This document shows, piece after piece, positions 35,877 to 45,505 of a DNA stretch of 64,000 nt. The DNA is from Betaproteobacteria bacterium (GTDB taxonomy: Bacteria > Pseudomonadota > Gammaproteobacteria > Burkholderiales > SG8-39): contig VBBY01000034.1 of NCBI GenBank assembly GCA_005881595.1, forward strand, positions 1,308 through 65,307, read 5' to 3'. The first letter of the stretch is position 1. Every line of letters begins with the position of its first letter. The notes under the pieces are model-generated. The model did no database searches, was not told the origin of the DNA, and saw nothing but the letters and a program-made list of their open reading frames with translations. Both the position numbers and the translations under genes were made by a program.

Positions 35877-38800
35877 TCTCTGGAACCTCGGGTTGTCTTC
35901 TCTTGTTGACCCAGGTCTGAAGCCGCTCGAAGTAGAGGTAGATCACCGGGGTGATGTAGAGCGTCAGGATCTGCGACAGGAGCAGGCCGCCGACCACCGA
36001 GATGCCCAGCGGCATGCGCGCGCTGCCCCCGGCGCCGAAGCCGATGGCGATCGGCAGGCTGCCCATCAGAGCCGCCACGGTGGTCATCATGATCGGCCGG
36101 AATCGCACCAGCCCGGCGCGGTAGATTGCCTCCTCCGCTGCAAGGCCTTCCTGGCGCCGTGCCTCGATGGCGAAGTCGATCATGATGATGGCGTTTTTCT
36201 TGACGATGCCGATCAGCATGATCATGCCGACGAAGGCGTACATGTTGAGCTCGATGCCGAAGGCCGTCAGCGTGAGCAGCGCGCCCAGGCCTGCGGTGGG
36301 CAGCCCCGACAGGATGGTGAGCGGGTGGATGAAGCTCTCGTACAGGATGCCGAGCACCAGGTAGATCACCACGATGGAGAGCAGGATCAGGATGCCCATT
36401 CCCTCGAGAGAAGCCTGATAGGCCTGCGCGGTGCCTGAAAAGCTTCCGGTGAGCGTCGCCGGGACCTGCAGCTCCCGCGCGCCCGCCTGGAGCTGGACGA
36501 TCGCCTGCGACAGCGCGACCCCCGGGCGCAGATCGAAGGAAAAGGTGACCGATGGCAGCTGCCCGAGGTGGGTGACCTGCATCGGACCGACGCCGGAGCC
36601 GAGCTTCGCCACCGCGTTGAGCGGTACCAGCGCTCCGGTAGAGGAGCGCACGTAGAGCAGCGGCAGCGCCGATGGATCGGTCTGGTAGCGCGGCGCGAGC
36701 TCGAGGATCACGAAGTACTGGTTGGTCGAGGTGTAGATCGTCGAGACCTGGCGGGCACCGTAGGCGTTGTTGAGCGCCATCTCGATGCTCTGCGCCGAGA
36801 CGCCGAGCGCCGACGCCTTCTCGCGCTCGATCTCGACCATGACCTCGGGGCGGGTGATCTGCAGGTCGCTCGAGACGTCTACGAGGCCGGGCAGCGAGCC
36901 CAGTTTCTGCTCGATGAGCGGAGCCCAGTGGTAGAGCTCGTCCACGCTCGCGCTGCGCACCACGTACTGGTAGGGGCTCTTGGTGATCTGTCCGCCGATG
37001 CGGATCGCCGGGATATTCTGTACGAACACCTTGGCGCCGAGCATGTTGGAGATCTTCGGCCGCAGCTCACGCACCACCTGGTCGGCGGGCTTGCGCTGGC
37101 TGAAAGGCTTGAGGTTGATGGTAATGCGCCCGACGTTGAGCGAGTTCGAGGCCCCGCCAGCGCCGACGAACGACATCACCGCGTCGACGTTCGGGTCCTG
37201 CCGCACGATCTCGGCCACCTGGCGCTGCAACGCCACCATCGCGTCGAACGAGATGTCCTGCGGGCCCTCGACGAAGCACAGCAGCTGCCCGCTGTCCTCG
37301 GAGGGCAGGAAGCCCTTGGGGGTGCGCGCGAAGAGGACCCCGGTGGCGACGCAGATGACGAGGAACGCCAGCATGACCGTGCGCCGGTGGCGCAGCGCCC
37401 AGCGCAGGCTCACCTCGTAGGCGCGCTTCAAGGCGTCGAAGCCGCGCTCGAACGCCAGGTACATGCGTCCGTGCCGCTCGTCCTTGCGATGCGGCTGGAG
37501 GATCCGGCTGCACATCATCGGCGTCAGGGTGAGGGACACGAACCCCGAGATCAGCACCGCGGCCATGATGGTCACGGCGAACTCGTTCAGCAGCCGCCCC
37601 AGAATCCCGCCCATGAACAGCACCGGGATGAACACCGCGGCGAGCGAGATCGTCATCGAGACGATGGTGAACACGATCTCCTTCGAGCCGTCGAGCGTCG
37701 CCTGGATCACGCTCTTGCCCTGCTCGAGATGGCGGGTAATGTTCTCGAGCATCACGATGGCGTCATCAACCACGAAGCCGACACAAAGGGTCAATGCCAT
37801 CAGCGAGATGTTGTCCAGGCTGTAGTTGAACAGGTACATCGCGGAGAACGTGCCGATGATCGCCATCGGCAGCGCGATCGACGGGATGATGGTTGACGCG
37901 ATGTTGCGCAGGAACAGGAAAATCACCAGCACCACCAGCACGAGCGCGATGAGCAGCGTGGACTTCACCTCGTCGACCGAGGCGCGGATGCTCTGCGAGC
38001 GATCGTAGAGCACCTGGATGTCGATCGCCGGCGGCACCTCGGCGCGGAACGTGGGCAGGAGCTTGCGCACCTCGTCCACCACCTGGATGGTGTTGGTGCC
38101 AGGCTGGCGGAAGATGGCGAGCACGATGCCGCGCTTGTCCTTGTACCAGGTGGCGACCTTGTCGTTCTGCACGCTGTCGATGACGCTGCCGAGCTCCTGC
38201 AGGCGCACCGGCGAGCCGTTGCGGTAGGCGACGATGATCGGGCGGAACGCGGCGGCATCGTTGAGCTGCCCGCTCGCCTGCACCGCGAACATCCGCTCCT
38301 TGCCGTACAGGGTTCCGGTCGGCAGGTTGACGTTCGCCTGCGACACCGCCTGCTCGACCTCGTTGATGCCGACGCCGCGAGCCGCCAGGGCATTCGGGTC
38401 CACCTGCACGCGCACGGCATATTTCTGCTGGCCGAAGACCTGCACCTGGGCGACGCCGCTGATCGTGGAGATGCGCTGCGCGAGATAGGTTTCGGCGTAC
38501 TCGTTGACCGTGGACAGCGGCAGCGCTTCCGAGGTGAGGGCAAGGAAGAAGATCGGGAAGTCGGCCGGGTTGACCTTGCGGAACGAAGGCGGCGCCGGCA
38601 TGGTCGCCGGCAGCTGGCGCACCGCGGAGGCGATCGCCGAGTTCACGTCCTGGGCGGCGGCGTCGATGTCGCGGCCCAGCGCGAACTGCAGCGTGATGCG
38701 GGTGGTGCCCTGGCTGCTCACCGAGCTCATCTCGTCGATGCCGGGGATGGTGGAAAACTGCTTCTCGAGCGGGGTGGCGACCGCCGAGGCCATGGTCTCG

Positions 38801-38967
38801 GGGCTCGCACCCGGCAGCTCGGCGCTGACCTGGATGGTGGGGAAATCGACGTTGGGCAGCGTTGACACCGGAAGCAGCCGGTACGCGGCGATGCCGAAGA
38901 TCAGGATGCCCGCCATGACGAGCACCGTCATGACCGGGCGGCGGATCCAGATCTCGCAGAAATTCAT
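35851..38967 (-). CDS. RND-family efflux transporter permease (AcrB/MdtBC-like)
   Basis: 1038 aa with 12-TM/large-loop architecture. N-terminus FCEIWIRRPVMTVLVM is typical of HAE1 RND pumps. Confidence 0.95.
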   Translation of the reverse strand: MNFCEIWIRRPVMTVLVMAGILIFGIAAYRLLPVSTLPNVDFPTIQVSAELPGASPETMASAVATPLEKQFSTIPGIDEMSSVSSQGTTRITLQFALGRDIDAAAQDVNSAIASAVRQLPATMPAPPSFRKVNPADFPIFFLALTSEALPLSTVNEYAETYLAQRISTISGVAQVQVFGQQKYAVRVQVDPNALAARGVGINEVEQAVSQANVNLPTGTLYGKERMFAVQASGQLNDAAAFRPIIVAYRNGSPVRLQELGSVIDSVQNDKVATWYKDKRGIVLAIFRQPGTNTIQVVDEVRKLLPTFRAEVPPAIDIQVLYDRSQSIRASVDEVKSTLLIALVLVVLVIFLFLRNIASTIIPSIALPMAIIGTFSAMYLFNYSLDNISLMALTLCVGFVVDDAIVMLENITRHLEQGKSVIQATLDGSKEIVFTIVSMTISLAAVFIPVLFMGGILGRLLNEFAVTIMAAVLISGFVSLTLTPMMCSRILQPHRKDERHGRMYLAFERGFDALKRAYEVSLRWALRHRRTVMLAFLVICVATGVLFARTPKGFLPSEDSGQLLCFVEGPQDISFDAMVALQRQVAEIVRQDPNVDAVMSFVGAGGASNSLNVGRITINLKPFSQRKPADQVVRELRPKISNMLGAKVFVQNIPAIRIGGQITKSPYQYVVRSASVDELYHWAPLIEQKLGSLPGLVDVSSDLQITRPEVMVEIEREKASALGVSAQSIEMALNNAYGARQVSTIYTSTNQYFVILELAPRYQTDPSALPLLYVRSSTGALVPLNAVAKLGSGVGPMQVTHLGQLPSVTFSFDLRPGVALSQAIVQLQAGARELQVPATLTGSFSGTAQAYQASLEGMGILILLSIVVIYLVLGILYESFIHPLTILSGLPTAGLGALLTLTAFGIELNMYAFVGMIMLIGIVKKNAIIMIDFAIEARRQEGLAAEEAIYRAGLVRFRPIMMTTVAALMGSLPIAIGFGAGGSARMPLGISVVGGLLLSQILTLYITPVIYLYFERLQTWVNKRRQPEVPESASQPRSA

Positions 38968-40133
38968 GCAGGCTCGGCCGGAGTCTTGCTGATCTGCACG
39001 CGCACCCCGGGGCCGAGGCGCAGCTGACCGCGGGTCACCACGCGCTCGCCCTTGGCAAGGCCTTTGGCCACGATTGCGCGCTCGCCGTCGGTGCGCTGTA
39101 CCGTGATCCGGCGCAGCTCGGCGAGCATGTCCGTGCCCACGATGTAAACGTACTGCCCGTCGGGGCCGGATTGCACCGCCTGCGAGGGAACGATGAGGGC
39201 GTCGGCCTGCTCGTGGAGCCGCACGCTCACGTTGACGAACTGCCCGGGCCAGAGCGCGGCGTCGACATTGTCGAACTGCGCGCGCAGCCGGATGGTCGCG
39301 GTAGTCGGGTCGACCGCGTTGTCGATGAAGATCAGCTTGCCTTCGACGCGCTTCTGACCGGCATCGGTAGGCAGCACCTCGACCCTCAGCGGGCCGGCAG
39401 CCATGTACTTGCGCACCTCCGGAAGATTCTGCTCGGGAACGGCGAAGTTGACGTAGACCGGCCTCACCTGGTTGATCACCAGCAGCGGATTGACATCGTT
39501 TGCCTTGGCCAGGTTGCCCGCCTGCAGCAGCACGCGGCCGACGTAGCCGTCGAGCGGCGAGGGTATCGTGCAGTACTCGAGGTTGAGCCGTGCGTTCTCG
39601 AGCGCCGCCTGGCTCGCGCTGGCGGTCGCTTCGGCGGTGGCCGCGTTGGTGCGGATCTGCGCGTAGGCTTCCTTGGAGATGAAGTTCTTGTCCAGCAGCT
39701 CCTGATAGCGTTTCTCCTGCGAGCGCGCCTGGTCGCGCGCCGCGGCGTCGCGCAGGGCGTTCGCCTCGGCCTGGCGCAGCGCCGCTGCGTAGGGCCTGGG
39801 GTCGATGCGGAACAGCACATCGCCCTTCCTCACCGGCTGGCCCTCGCGGAAGTTGACCTCGACGATCTGCCCGTCGACCCGCGCTTTCAACGCGACCGTC
39901 GAATACGCCTCGACGTTGCCGATCGCCCGCAGCTCGATCGGCACGGTTTCCTGCGCTACGAGCGCCACGGTGACCGGCACGGCAGGCGGCCCCTTGGCGC
40001 CTTTGCGACCTTCCCTGGCCCCGCTGTCGGTGCTGAAGTAGGCCGCGATCCCCCCGGCAACCAGCGCGACCACGACGGCGCCCGCGATCAGGTAGCGGCG
40101 GCTGGCGGCAGTCATGGGATCCGGATCAGTCAT
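38964..40133 (-). CDS. RND efflux periplasmic adaptor (membrane fusion protein)
   Basis: N-terminal TM, coiled-coil hairpin region, and beta-barrel/MP domains. The stop overlaps the RND start. The start is ATG 40133 or 40115. The TTG 40178 extension would overlap lysA. Confidence 0.85.
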   Translation of the reverse strand: MTDPDPMTAASRRYLIAGAVVVALVAGGIAAYFSTDSGAREGRKGAKGPPAVPVTVALVAQETVPIELRAIGNVEAYSTVALKARVDGQIVEVNFREGQPVRKGDVLFRIDPRPYAAALRQAEANALRDAAARDQARSQEKRYQELLDKNFISKEAYAQIRTNAATAEATASASQAALENARLNLEYCTIPSPLDGYVGRVLLQAGNLAKANDVNPLLVINQVRPVYVNFAVPEQNLPEVRKYMAAGPLRVEVLPTDAGQKRVEGKLIFIDNAVDPTTATIRLRAQFDNVDAALWPGQFVNVSVRLHEQADALIVPSQAVQSGPDGQYVYIVGTDMLAELRRITVQRTDGERAIVAKGLAKGERVVTRGQLRLGPGVRVQISKTPAEPA

Positions 40134-40152
40134 CTCTGGGGCGGCACGATTG

Positions 40153-41400
40153 TCATCCCGGAATCCGCTCCAGGGCAAACAACTGCTCGGCCGACTCGCG
40201 TGCGCGTACCAGCTCGGCTGCGCGGCCCTGCACCATTACCTCTGCAGCACGGGGCCGCGAGTTGTAGTTCGAAGCCATCGACATGGCATAGGCGCCGCTC
40301 GACATCACCGCCAGCAAGTCCCCCTCGCGCGCGGTCAGCGCCCGGTCCTTGGCGAGGAAGTCGCCGGTTTCGCAGATCGGGCCGACGATGTCGTAAACAG
40401 TGCCCGGGGCGCCCGATTCCGGCTCGCGCACGGTACGCACCTCGTGCCAGGCATCGTACAGGGCCGGCCGCACCAGGTCATTCATCGCCGCATCGACTAC
40501 CAGGAAATTGCGCGGCTCGCCCGGCTTCACGTATTCGACCCGGGTGAGCAGCACGCCGGCGTTGCCGACCATCGAGCGGCCGGGATCGAAAATCACGCTG
40601 CCGCGGCGATCGCCGAGCGCCGCCAGCGCGCCGGCGACGAATTCGCGCACAGGGCGCGGCGTTTCGTCGCGATAGCGGATGCCGATGCCGCCGCCGAGAT
40701 CGAGATGCCGCAGGCGGATTCCCGCCGCCTCGATGCGCCCGGCGAGTGCGGCCAGGCGCTCGACTGCAGCAGCCAGCGGCGCAGGGTCCACCAGCTGCGA
40801 GCCGATGTGGCAGCCGATGCCGATCACCTCGAGCGCGGGCATCGCCGCCGCCTTTGCATAGAGCCGCTCGGCGTCGCGGTGAGCAACGCCAAACTTGTTC
40901 TCGCGCAGGCCGGTGGAGATGTAGGGATGCGTTCTAGCGTCGACGTCTGGATTGACGCGGAACGCCACCGGCGCGCGTCGCCCCAGCTCCCGCGCCACCG
41001 CGGCCACGCGCTCCAGCTCGGCTGCGGACTCGAGGTTGATGCAATAGATGTTCTTTTCCAGCGCCAACCGGATCTCATCCTTGGTCTTGCCGACGCCCGA
41101 GAACAGGATCTTGCGCGGGTCGCCGCCGGCCGCCAGCACGCGCGCCAGCTCGCCGCCCGAGACGATGTCGAAGCCGGCGCCCAGGCGCGCCAGCAGGGCG
41201 AGCACCGCCAGATTCGAATTCGCCTTGACCGAGTAGCACAGCATCGCGTCGCGCCCGTGCAGCGCTTGCGCGAATTCCCCGTACGCGCCCTCGATCGCCG
41301 CGCGGGAATAGACGTAGCAGGGCGTGCCGAAGCGCCGCGCAATGTCTTCGAGCGGCACCTGCTCGGCGCACAACGTGCCGTTGCGGTAAGCGAACGCCAC
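40153..41400 (-). CDS. lysA: diaminopimelate decarboxylase
   Basis: FGTPCYVYS, YSVKANSNLAVL (PLP Lys) and CESGD-like ICETGDF motifs. GTG 41400 gives 415 aa. The upstream part of ORF 40153..41844 is non-coding or overlaps lptM. Confidence 0.93.
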   Translation of the reverse strand: MAFAYRNGTLCAEQVPLEDIARRFGTPCYVYSRAAIEGAYGEFAQALHGRDAMLCYSVKANSNLAVLALLARLGAGFDIVSGGELARVLAAGGDPRKILFSGVGKTKDEIRLALEKNIYCINLESAAELERVAAVARELGRRAPVAFRVNPDVDARTHPYISTGLRENKFGVAHRDAERLYAKAAAMPALEVIGIGCHIGSQLVDPAPLAAAVERLAALAGRIEAAGIRLRHLDLGGGIGIRYRDETPRPVREFVAGALAALGDRRGSVIFDPGRSMVGNAGVLLTRVEYVKPGEPRNFLVVDAAMNDLVRPALYDAWHEVRTVREPESGAPGTVYDIVGPICETGDFLAKDRALTAREGDLLAVMSSGAYAMSMASNYNSRPRAAEVMVQGRAAELVRARESAEQLFALERIPG

Positions 41401-41407
41401 GTCGTGC

Positions 41408-41572
41408 CTAGTTTTGTTCAGTGTCGTCGCCGCGCGGATAGGGTATCGGCTTGGCCGGCGCGGGCTTTGCCGGCTTGACGCCCGGCGGCGGATTGTCGCG
41501 CAGATACAGCGGCCCCTTCTGCCCGCAGCCGACGAGCAGCGTGATCGCCACGCCGAGAAGAAGGAAACGCAT
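41408..41572 (-). CDS. lptM: small lipoprotein LptM (YifL-like), 54 aa
   Basis: Not in the ORF track because it is under 60 aa. MRFLLLGVAITLLVGCGQKGPLYLRDNPPPG... has a lipobox followed by the conserved GCGxKGPLYLP-type motif. It sits immediately upstream of lysA and divergent from cyaY. Confidence 0.7.
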   Translation of the reverse strand: MRFLLLGVAITLLVGCGQKGPLYLRDNPPPGVKPAKPAPAKPIPYPRGDDTEQN

Positions 41573-41593
41573 AAAATCCTGATGTTAGCACTC

Positions 41594-41914
41594 ATGAACG
41601 AGACCGAGTTCGAGGCGCTGGCGGGCGCGGCGCTGAGCAGGATCGAGCAGGCCCTCGAGGCAAGCGGCGTCGACGCGGACTTCGAGTTGAAGGCCGGTGG
41701 CGTGCTCGAGATCGAGTTCGCGGACGGCTCCAAGATGGTCATCAACCGGCACGGCGCGGCGCGCGAGATCTGGGTCGCGGCGCGCGCTGGCGGCTTCCAC
41801 TTCCGCTGGGATGGCAGCGCCTGGCGCGACACCCGCGACGGCACGGAACTGTTCGCCGCGCTGTCGAAGGCCGTTTCGGCGCAAAGCGGCCAGGCGGTGC
41901 TGCTGCGCCCTTAG
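41594..41914 (+). CDS. cyaY: iron-sulfur cluster assembly protein CyaY (frataxin homologue)
   Basis: MNETEFEALAGAALSRIE ... GVLEIEF ... VINRHGAAREIWVAA ... FHF pattern. ATG 41582 is an alternative start. Confidence 0.9.
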   Translation: MNETEFEALAGAALSRIEQALEASGVDADFELKAGGVLEIEFADGSKMVINRHGAAREIWVAARAGGFHFRWDGSAWRDTRDGTELFAALSKAVSAQSGQAVLLRP

Positions 41915-44256
41915 GTCGGTGGCGGGTTGGGGCCGGGGGGCTCGAACGGCTTCGGCGGCTCGATCGGCGCAGGCGGCTGGAGCACCTCGGGCGGCGGCAC
42001 CGCTTCCTGGTAGAAGTACTCCGGCACGAGCTTCGGCGCACTGCCCGGCGCTGAGCCCGGGTTTTCGCCGGGCATCGTCATCACCGGCACGCTGACCACG
42101 CCGGGTGGCGTGCTGCGCGGCATCTCGGGGATGTCCTTCAGCACCTTTTCCATGTACCCGAGCCAGATCGGCAGCGCCACGATGCCGCCGGTCTGGTTCC
42201 TGCCCAGCGTCTTGGGCTGGTCGAAGCCGACCCAGGCGATCGCCACCAGCGTCGGCTGGTAACCGGCGAACCAGGCGTCCACGAACTCGTTGGTGGTGCC
42301 GGTTTTCCCCGCCAGATCGACGCGCGCGAGGCGCGCGGCGCGTGCTCCCGTGCCGTAGCGCATCACGTCCTGCATCATGTTGTCCATGATGAACGCGTTG
42401 CGCGGATCGAGTACGCGCAGCGTCTCATCGCCAGCGCGCTGCGGGTTGGCGAGCGCGAGTTGATTGCCGCGGTCATCGACGATCTTTTGGATGAAGTACG
42501 GCTGGATGAGGTACCCGCCGTTCGCGAATACGGCATAGGCGCGCGCGAGCTGCCACGCGGTGACCGACCCGGCGCCAAGCGCCATCGTCAGGTAGGGCGG
42601 ATGCCGCTCCGGGTCGAAGCCGAAGCGGGTGACGTAATCCTGGGCATACTTGGCGCCGATCGCGTCGAGGATGCGGATCGACACCATGTTCTTCGACTTC
42701 GCCAGCGCGGTGCGCATGCGCATCGGCCCCTCGAACTTGCCGTCGTAGTTTTTCGGCTCCCAGCGCTGGCTTCCGGTCTGCTCGGCCTCCAGCACCACCG
42801 GCTCGTCGGCGATGACGGTGGCGGGCGTGAAGCCCTTCTCCAGCGACGCCGAATAGATGAACGGCTTGAACGACGAGCCGGGCTGGCGCCACGCCTGCGT
42901 CACGTGATTGAACTTGTTGCGGCTGAAGTCGAAGCCGCCCACCAGCGCGCGCACCGCGCCGTCCTGTGCATCGAGCGAGATGAAGGCCGACTCGACCTCC
43001 GGCAGCTGCACGATTTGCCAGGACTTGCCGCCGGCCTCGGCTTGCACGCGGATGATCGCGCCGCGGCGGATGCGGCGCTGCGGCGGGGTCTTCGGGTCGA
43101 GGGCGCGCGCCGCAAAGCGCAGGCCCTCGCCGCTAATCGAAATCTTTTCGCCGCTGCGCAGGGCCGCCTCGACCTGCTTCGCGTCTGCGGCCAGCACCAC
43201 CGCGGCGAGCAATTCGTCATTGTCAGGATGATCGGCGAGCGCTTCCTCGAAATCGTCGTCGCTGGGAGAGGCGGGCAGCTCGGCATAGCCTTCCGGGCGT
43301 CGATAGCCGCCGCGGCGATCGTACTCGAGGACGCCTCGACGCAGCGCCACGTAGGCTGCCTCCTGGTCTGCCTTGCGAAGGGTGGTGTAGACGCGGAAGC
43401 CGCGCGCGTACACCTCGTCCGGGTAGCGCTCGGCCATCGCCTGGCGCACCATCTCGGCGGCGTATTCACCATGGATGGCGTATTCGTTTGCCTCGCGCCG
43501 CGGCCGCAGCGGCGCCTTCACCGCGTCTTCATATTGCGCTGCAGTAATATGTCCCAGCTCGGACATCCGCCGCAAAACGTAGTGCTGCCTTTGCCGGGAG
43601 CGTTGCAGATTCGCTACCGGGTTGTACATGGAGGGCGCCTTGGGCAGCCCGGCGAGCATGGCGGTCTCGGCGAGGCTCAGCTGCTCGAGCGACTTGCCGA
43701 AGTAGATCTGCGCCGCGGCGGCAAAGCCGTAAGCGCGCTGCCCCAGATAAATCTGGTTCACGTAGAGCTCGAGGATCTGGTCCTTGGTCAGGCTGTGCTC
43801 GATCTTGAAGGCGAGGAGCACTTCGTACAGCTTGCGCGTGGCTGTTTTCTCCGAGGAGAGGAAAAAGTTGCGCGCCACCTGCATCGTGATGGTGCTGGCG
43901 CCCTGGCGGCGGCCGCCGGCGACGAGGTTGGCGTAGGCCGCGCGCAGCACTCCCACATAATCGATGCCCGGGTGCTCATAGAAGCGCTCGTCCTCGGCGG
44001 CAAGGATGGCGTGCTTGAGCGCGTCGGGGACTTCCTCGATCGACACCACCGAGCGACGCTCCTCGCCGAACTCGCCGATCAGCACGCCCTCCGCGGAGTA
44101 AATCCGCAGGGGAATCTTGGGCTGGTACTCGGTCAGCGCCTGCAGCGACGGCAGGTTAGGGTAGGCGAGCGCGACCACCAGGGCGACAGCCAATACGGCG
44201 GCCACTGCCAACCCCGCCAGCAGGGCCAGCGGAAAGGCTAGAAAGCGGAACCACAT
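41911..44256 (-). CDS. mrcA: penicillin-binding protein 1A (bifunctional transglycosylase/transpeptidase)
   Basis: Glycosyltransferase motifs (AAEDERFYEH, GASTITMQVARN) and transpeptidase motifs (SSFKPF, KTGTT). Divergent from pilM. Confidence 0.95.
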   Translation of the reverse strand: MWFRFLAFPLALLAGLAVAAVLAVALVVALAYPNLPSLQALTEYQPKIPLRIYSAEGVLIGEFGEERRSVVSIEEVPDALKHAILAAEDERFYEHPGIDYVGVLRAAYANLVAGGRRQGASTITMQVARNFFLSSEKTATRKLYEVLLAFKIEHSLTKDQILELYVNQIYLGQRAYGFAAAAQIYFGKSLEQLSLAETAMLAGLPKAPSMYNPVANLQRSRQRQHYVLRRMSELGHITAAQYEDAVKAPLRPRREANEYAIHGEYAAEMVRQAMAERYPDEVYARGFRVYTTLRKADQEAAYVALRRGVLEYDRRGGYRRPEGYAELPASPSDDDFEEALADHPDNDELLAAVVLAADAKQVEAALRSGEKISISGEGLRFAARALDPKTPPQRRIRRGAIIRVQAEAGGKSWQIVQLPEVESAFISLDAQDGAVRALVGGFDFSRNKFNHVTQAWRQPGSSFKPFIYSASLEKGFTPATVIADEPVVLEAEQTGSQRWEPKNYDGKFEGPMRMRTALAKSKNMVSIRILDAIGAKYAQDYVTRFGFDPERHPPYLTMALGAGSVTAWQLARAYAVFANGGYLIQPYFIQKIVDDRGNQLALANPQRAGDETLRVLDPRNAFIMDNMMQDVMRYGTGARAARLARVDLAGKTGTTNEFVDAWFAGYQPTLVAIAWVGFDQPKTLGRNQTGGIVALPIWLGYMEKVLKDIPEMPRSTPPGVVSVPVMTMPGENPGSAPGSAPKLVPEYFYQEAVPPPEVLQPPAPIEPPKPFEPPGPNPPPT

Positions 44257-44428
44257 CAAGGGACTTAGACCGTTGCCGGGGCGCTATTGCACGAGCAGCT
44301 TCAACCGTAGCATGATACCCCGTCCCCGCCGGGAGAATTTAACTAGACAGTGGGTGGGGTTGTTGCTAGCATTTAACGCGAATTCTACGTATCGCGCCTA
44401 AGGGCTGATACGTAAAGGAAAATAACGC

Positions 44429-45505
44429 ATGGATTTCGACCTGTTCAAGCCGAAGGCGCCGCCTTTGTTCGGGCTGGACATCAGCTCGTCGTCGGTAAAG
44501 ATGCTGGAGATCGTGGAAGCGGGCAGAGGTGCCTACCGAGTCGAGCGCTACGCCATCGAGCCGCTCATGCGCGATACGGTGGTCGACGGCAACATCAGCA
44601 ACCTCGAGCAGGCGGCCGATGCCGTAAAGCGCGCACACAAGCGCCTTGGCACGCGCACCAGACACGTCGCGATGGCAGTGCCGACCGGCGCGGTGATCAC
44701 CAAGAAGATCGTAGTGGCGGCGGGGCTGCGCGAGGACGAGCTCGAGATCCAGGTCGAAAGCGAGGCGAACCAGTACATTCCGTTCGCGCTCGAGGAAGTG
44801 AATCTGGATTTCCAGTCGCTCGGCCCGACGGCGGGCAACCCCGAGGAGCAGGAGGTGCTGATCGCCGCCACGCGCAAGGAGAAGGTCGAGGACCGCGTCG
44901 CAGTCGCGCACCTCGCCGGCCTCAAGCCGCTGGTGATGGACGTGGAATCCTTCGCGCAGCAGGCGGCCCTGTCGCTGGTGGTGCAGGCGCTGCCCGGCGG
45001 CGGCCAGGACCAGAACATCGCGGTCGTCGACGTCGGCGCCAACATCATGAACGTGACCGTGCTGCGCAACGATCAGTCGGTGTATACGCGCGAGCAGGCC
45101 TTCGGCGGCAATCAGCTGACGCAGGAGATCGTCAGCCGCTACGGCATGAGCGCCGAGGAGGCGGAGACGGCGAAGCGCTCGGGCGGCCTGCCGGATGACT
45201 TCGAGGCCGAGGTGCTGCGCCCGTTCATGGAGAACCTGTCGCAGGAAGTGCAGCGCGCGCTGCAGTTCTTCTTCACCTCGACGCAGTATCACGCCGTCGA
45301 TCACATTCTGCTCGCCGGCGGCTCGGCGGTGATTCCGGGGCTGGACGAGGTGGTCAATCTGCGCACCCAGGTGCCCAGCAGCGTGGCGAACCCCTTCGCC
45401 GCGATGCAGACTTCCTCGAAGGTCCAGCTCAAGCGCCTGATGATCGACGCGCCGTCGCTGGTGGTCGCCTGCGGGCTGGCGATGCGCAGGTTCGACCCGC
45501 AATGA
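44429..45505 (+). CDS. pilM: type IV pilus assembly protein PilM
   Basis: Actin-like ATPase fold protein, 358 aa. GLDISSSSVKMLE N-terminus. First gene of the pilMNOPQ order. Confidence 0.9.
   Translation: MDFDLFKPKAPPLFGLDISSSSVKMLEIVEAGRGAYRVERYAIEPLMRDTVVDGNISNLEQAADAVKRAHKRLGTRTRHVAMAVPTGAVITKKIVVAAGLREDELEIQVESEANQYIPFALEEVNLDFQSLGPTAGNPEEQEVLIAATRKEKVEDRVAVAHLAGLKPLVMDVESFAQQAALSLVVQALPGGGQDQNIAVVDVGANIMNVTVLRNDQSVYTREQAFGGNQLTQEIVSRYGMSAEEAETAKRSGGLPDDFEAEVLRPFMENLSQEVQRALQFFFTSTQYHAVDHILLAGGSAVIPGLDEVVNLRTQVPSSVANPFAAMQTSSKVQLKRLMIDAPSLVVACGLAMRRFDPQ

Noticed and set aside
44287-44316. Sigma-70-like TTGCAC-N18-CATGAT, and an 8-bp inverted repeat (44386-44393 / 44407-44414), upstream of pilM.
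   Set aside because: The promoter match is mediocre (18-bp spacer, weak -10). The inverted repeat has no known cognate factor, so this is not strong enough to report as a feature.
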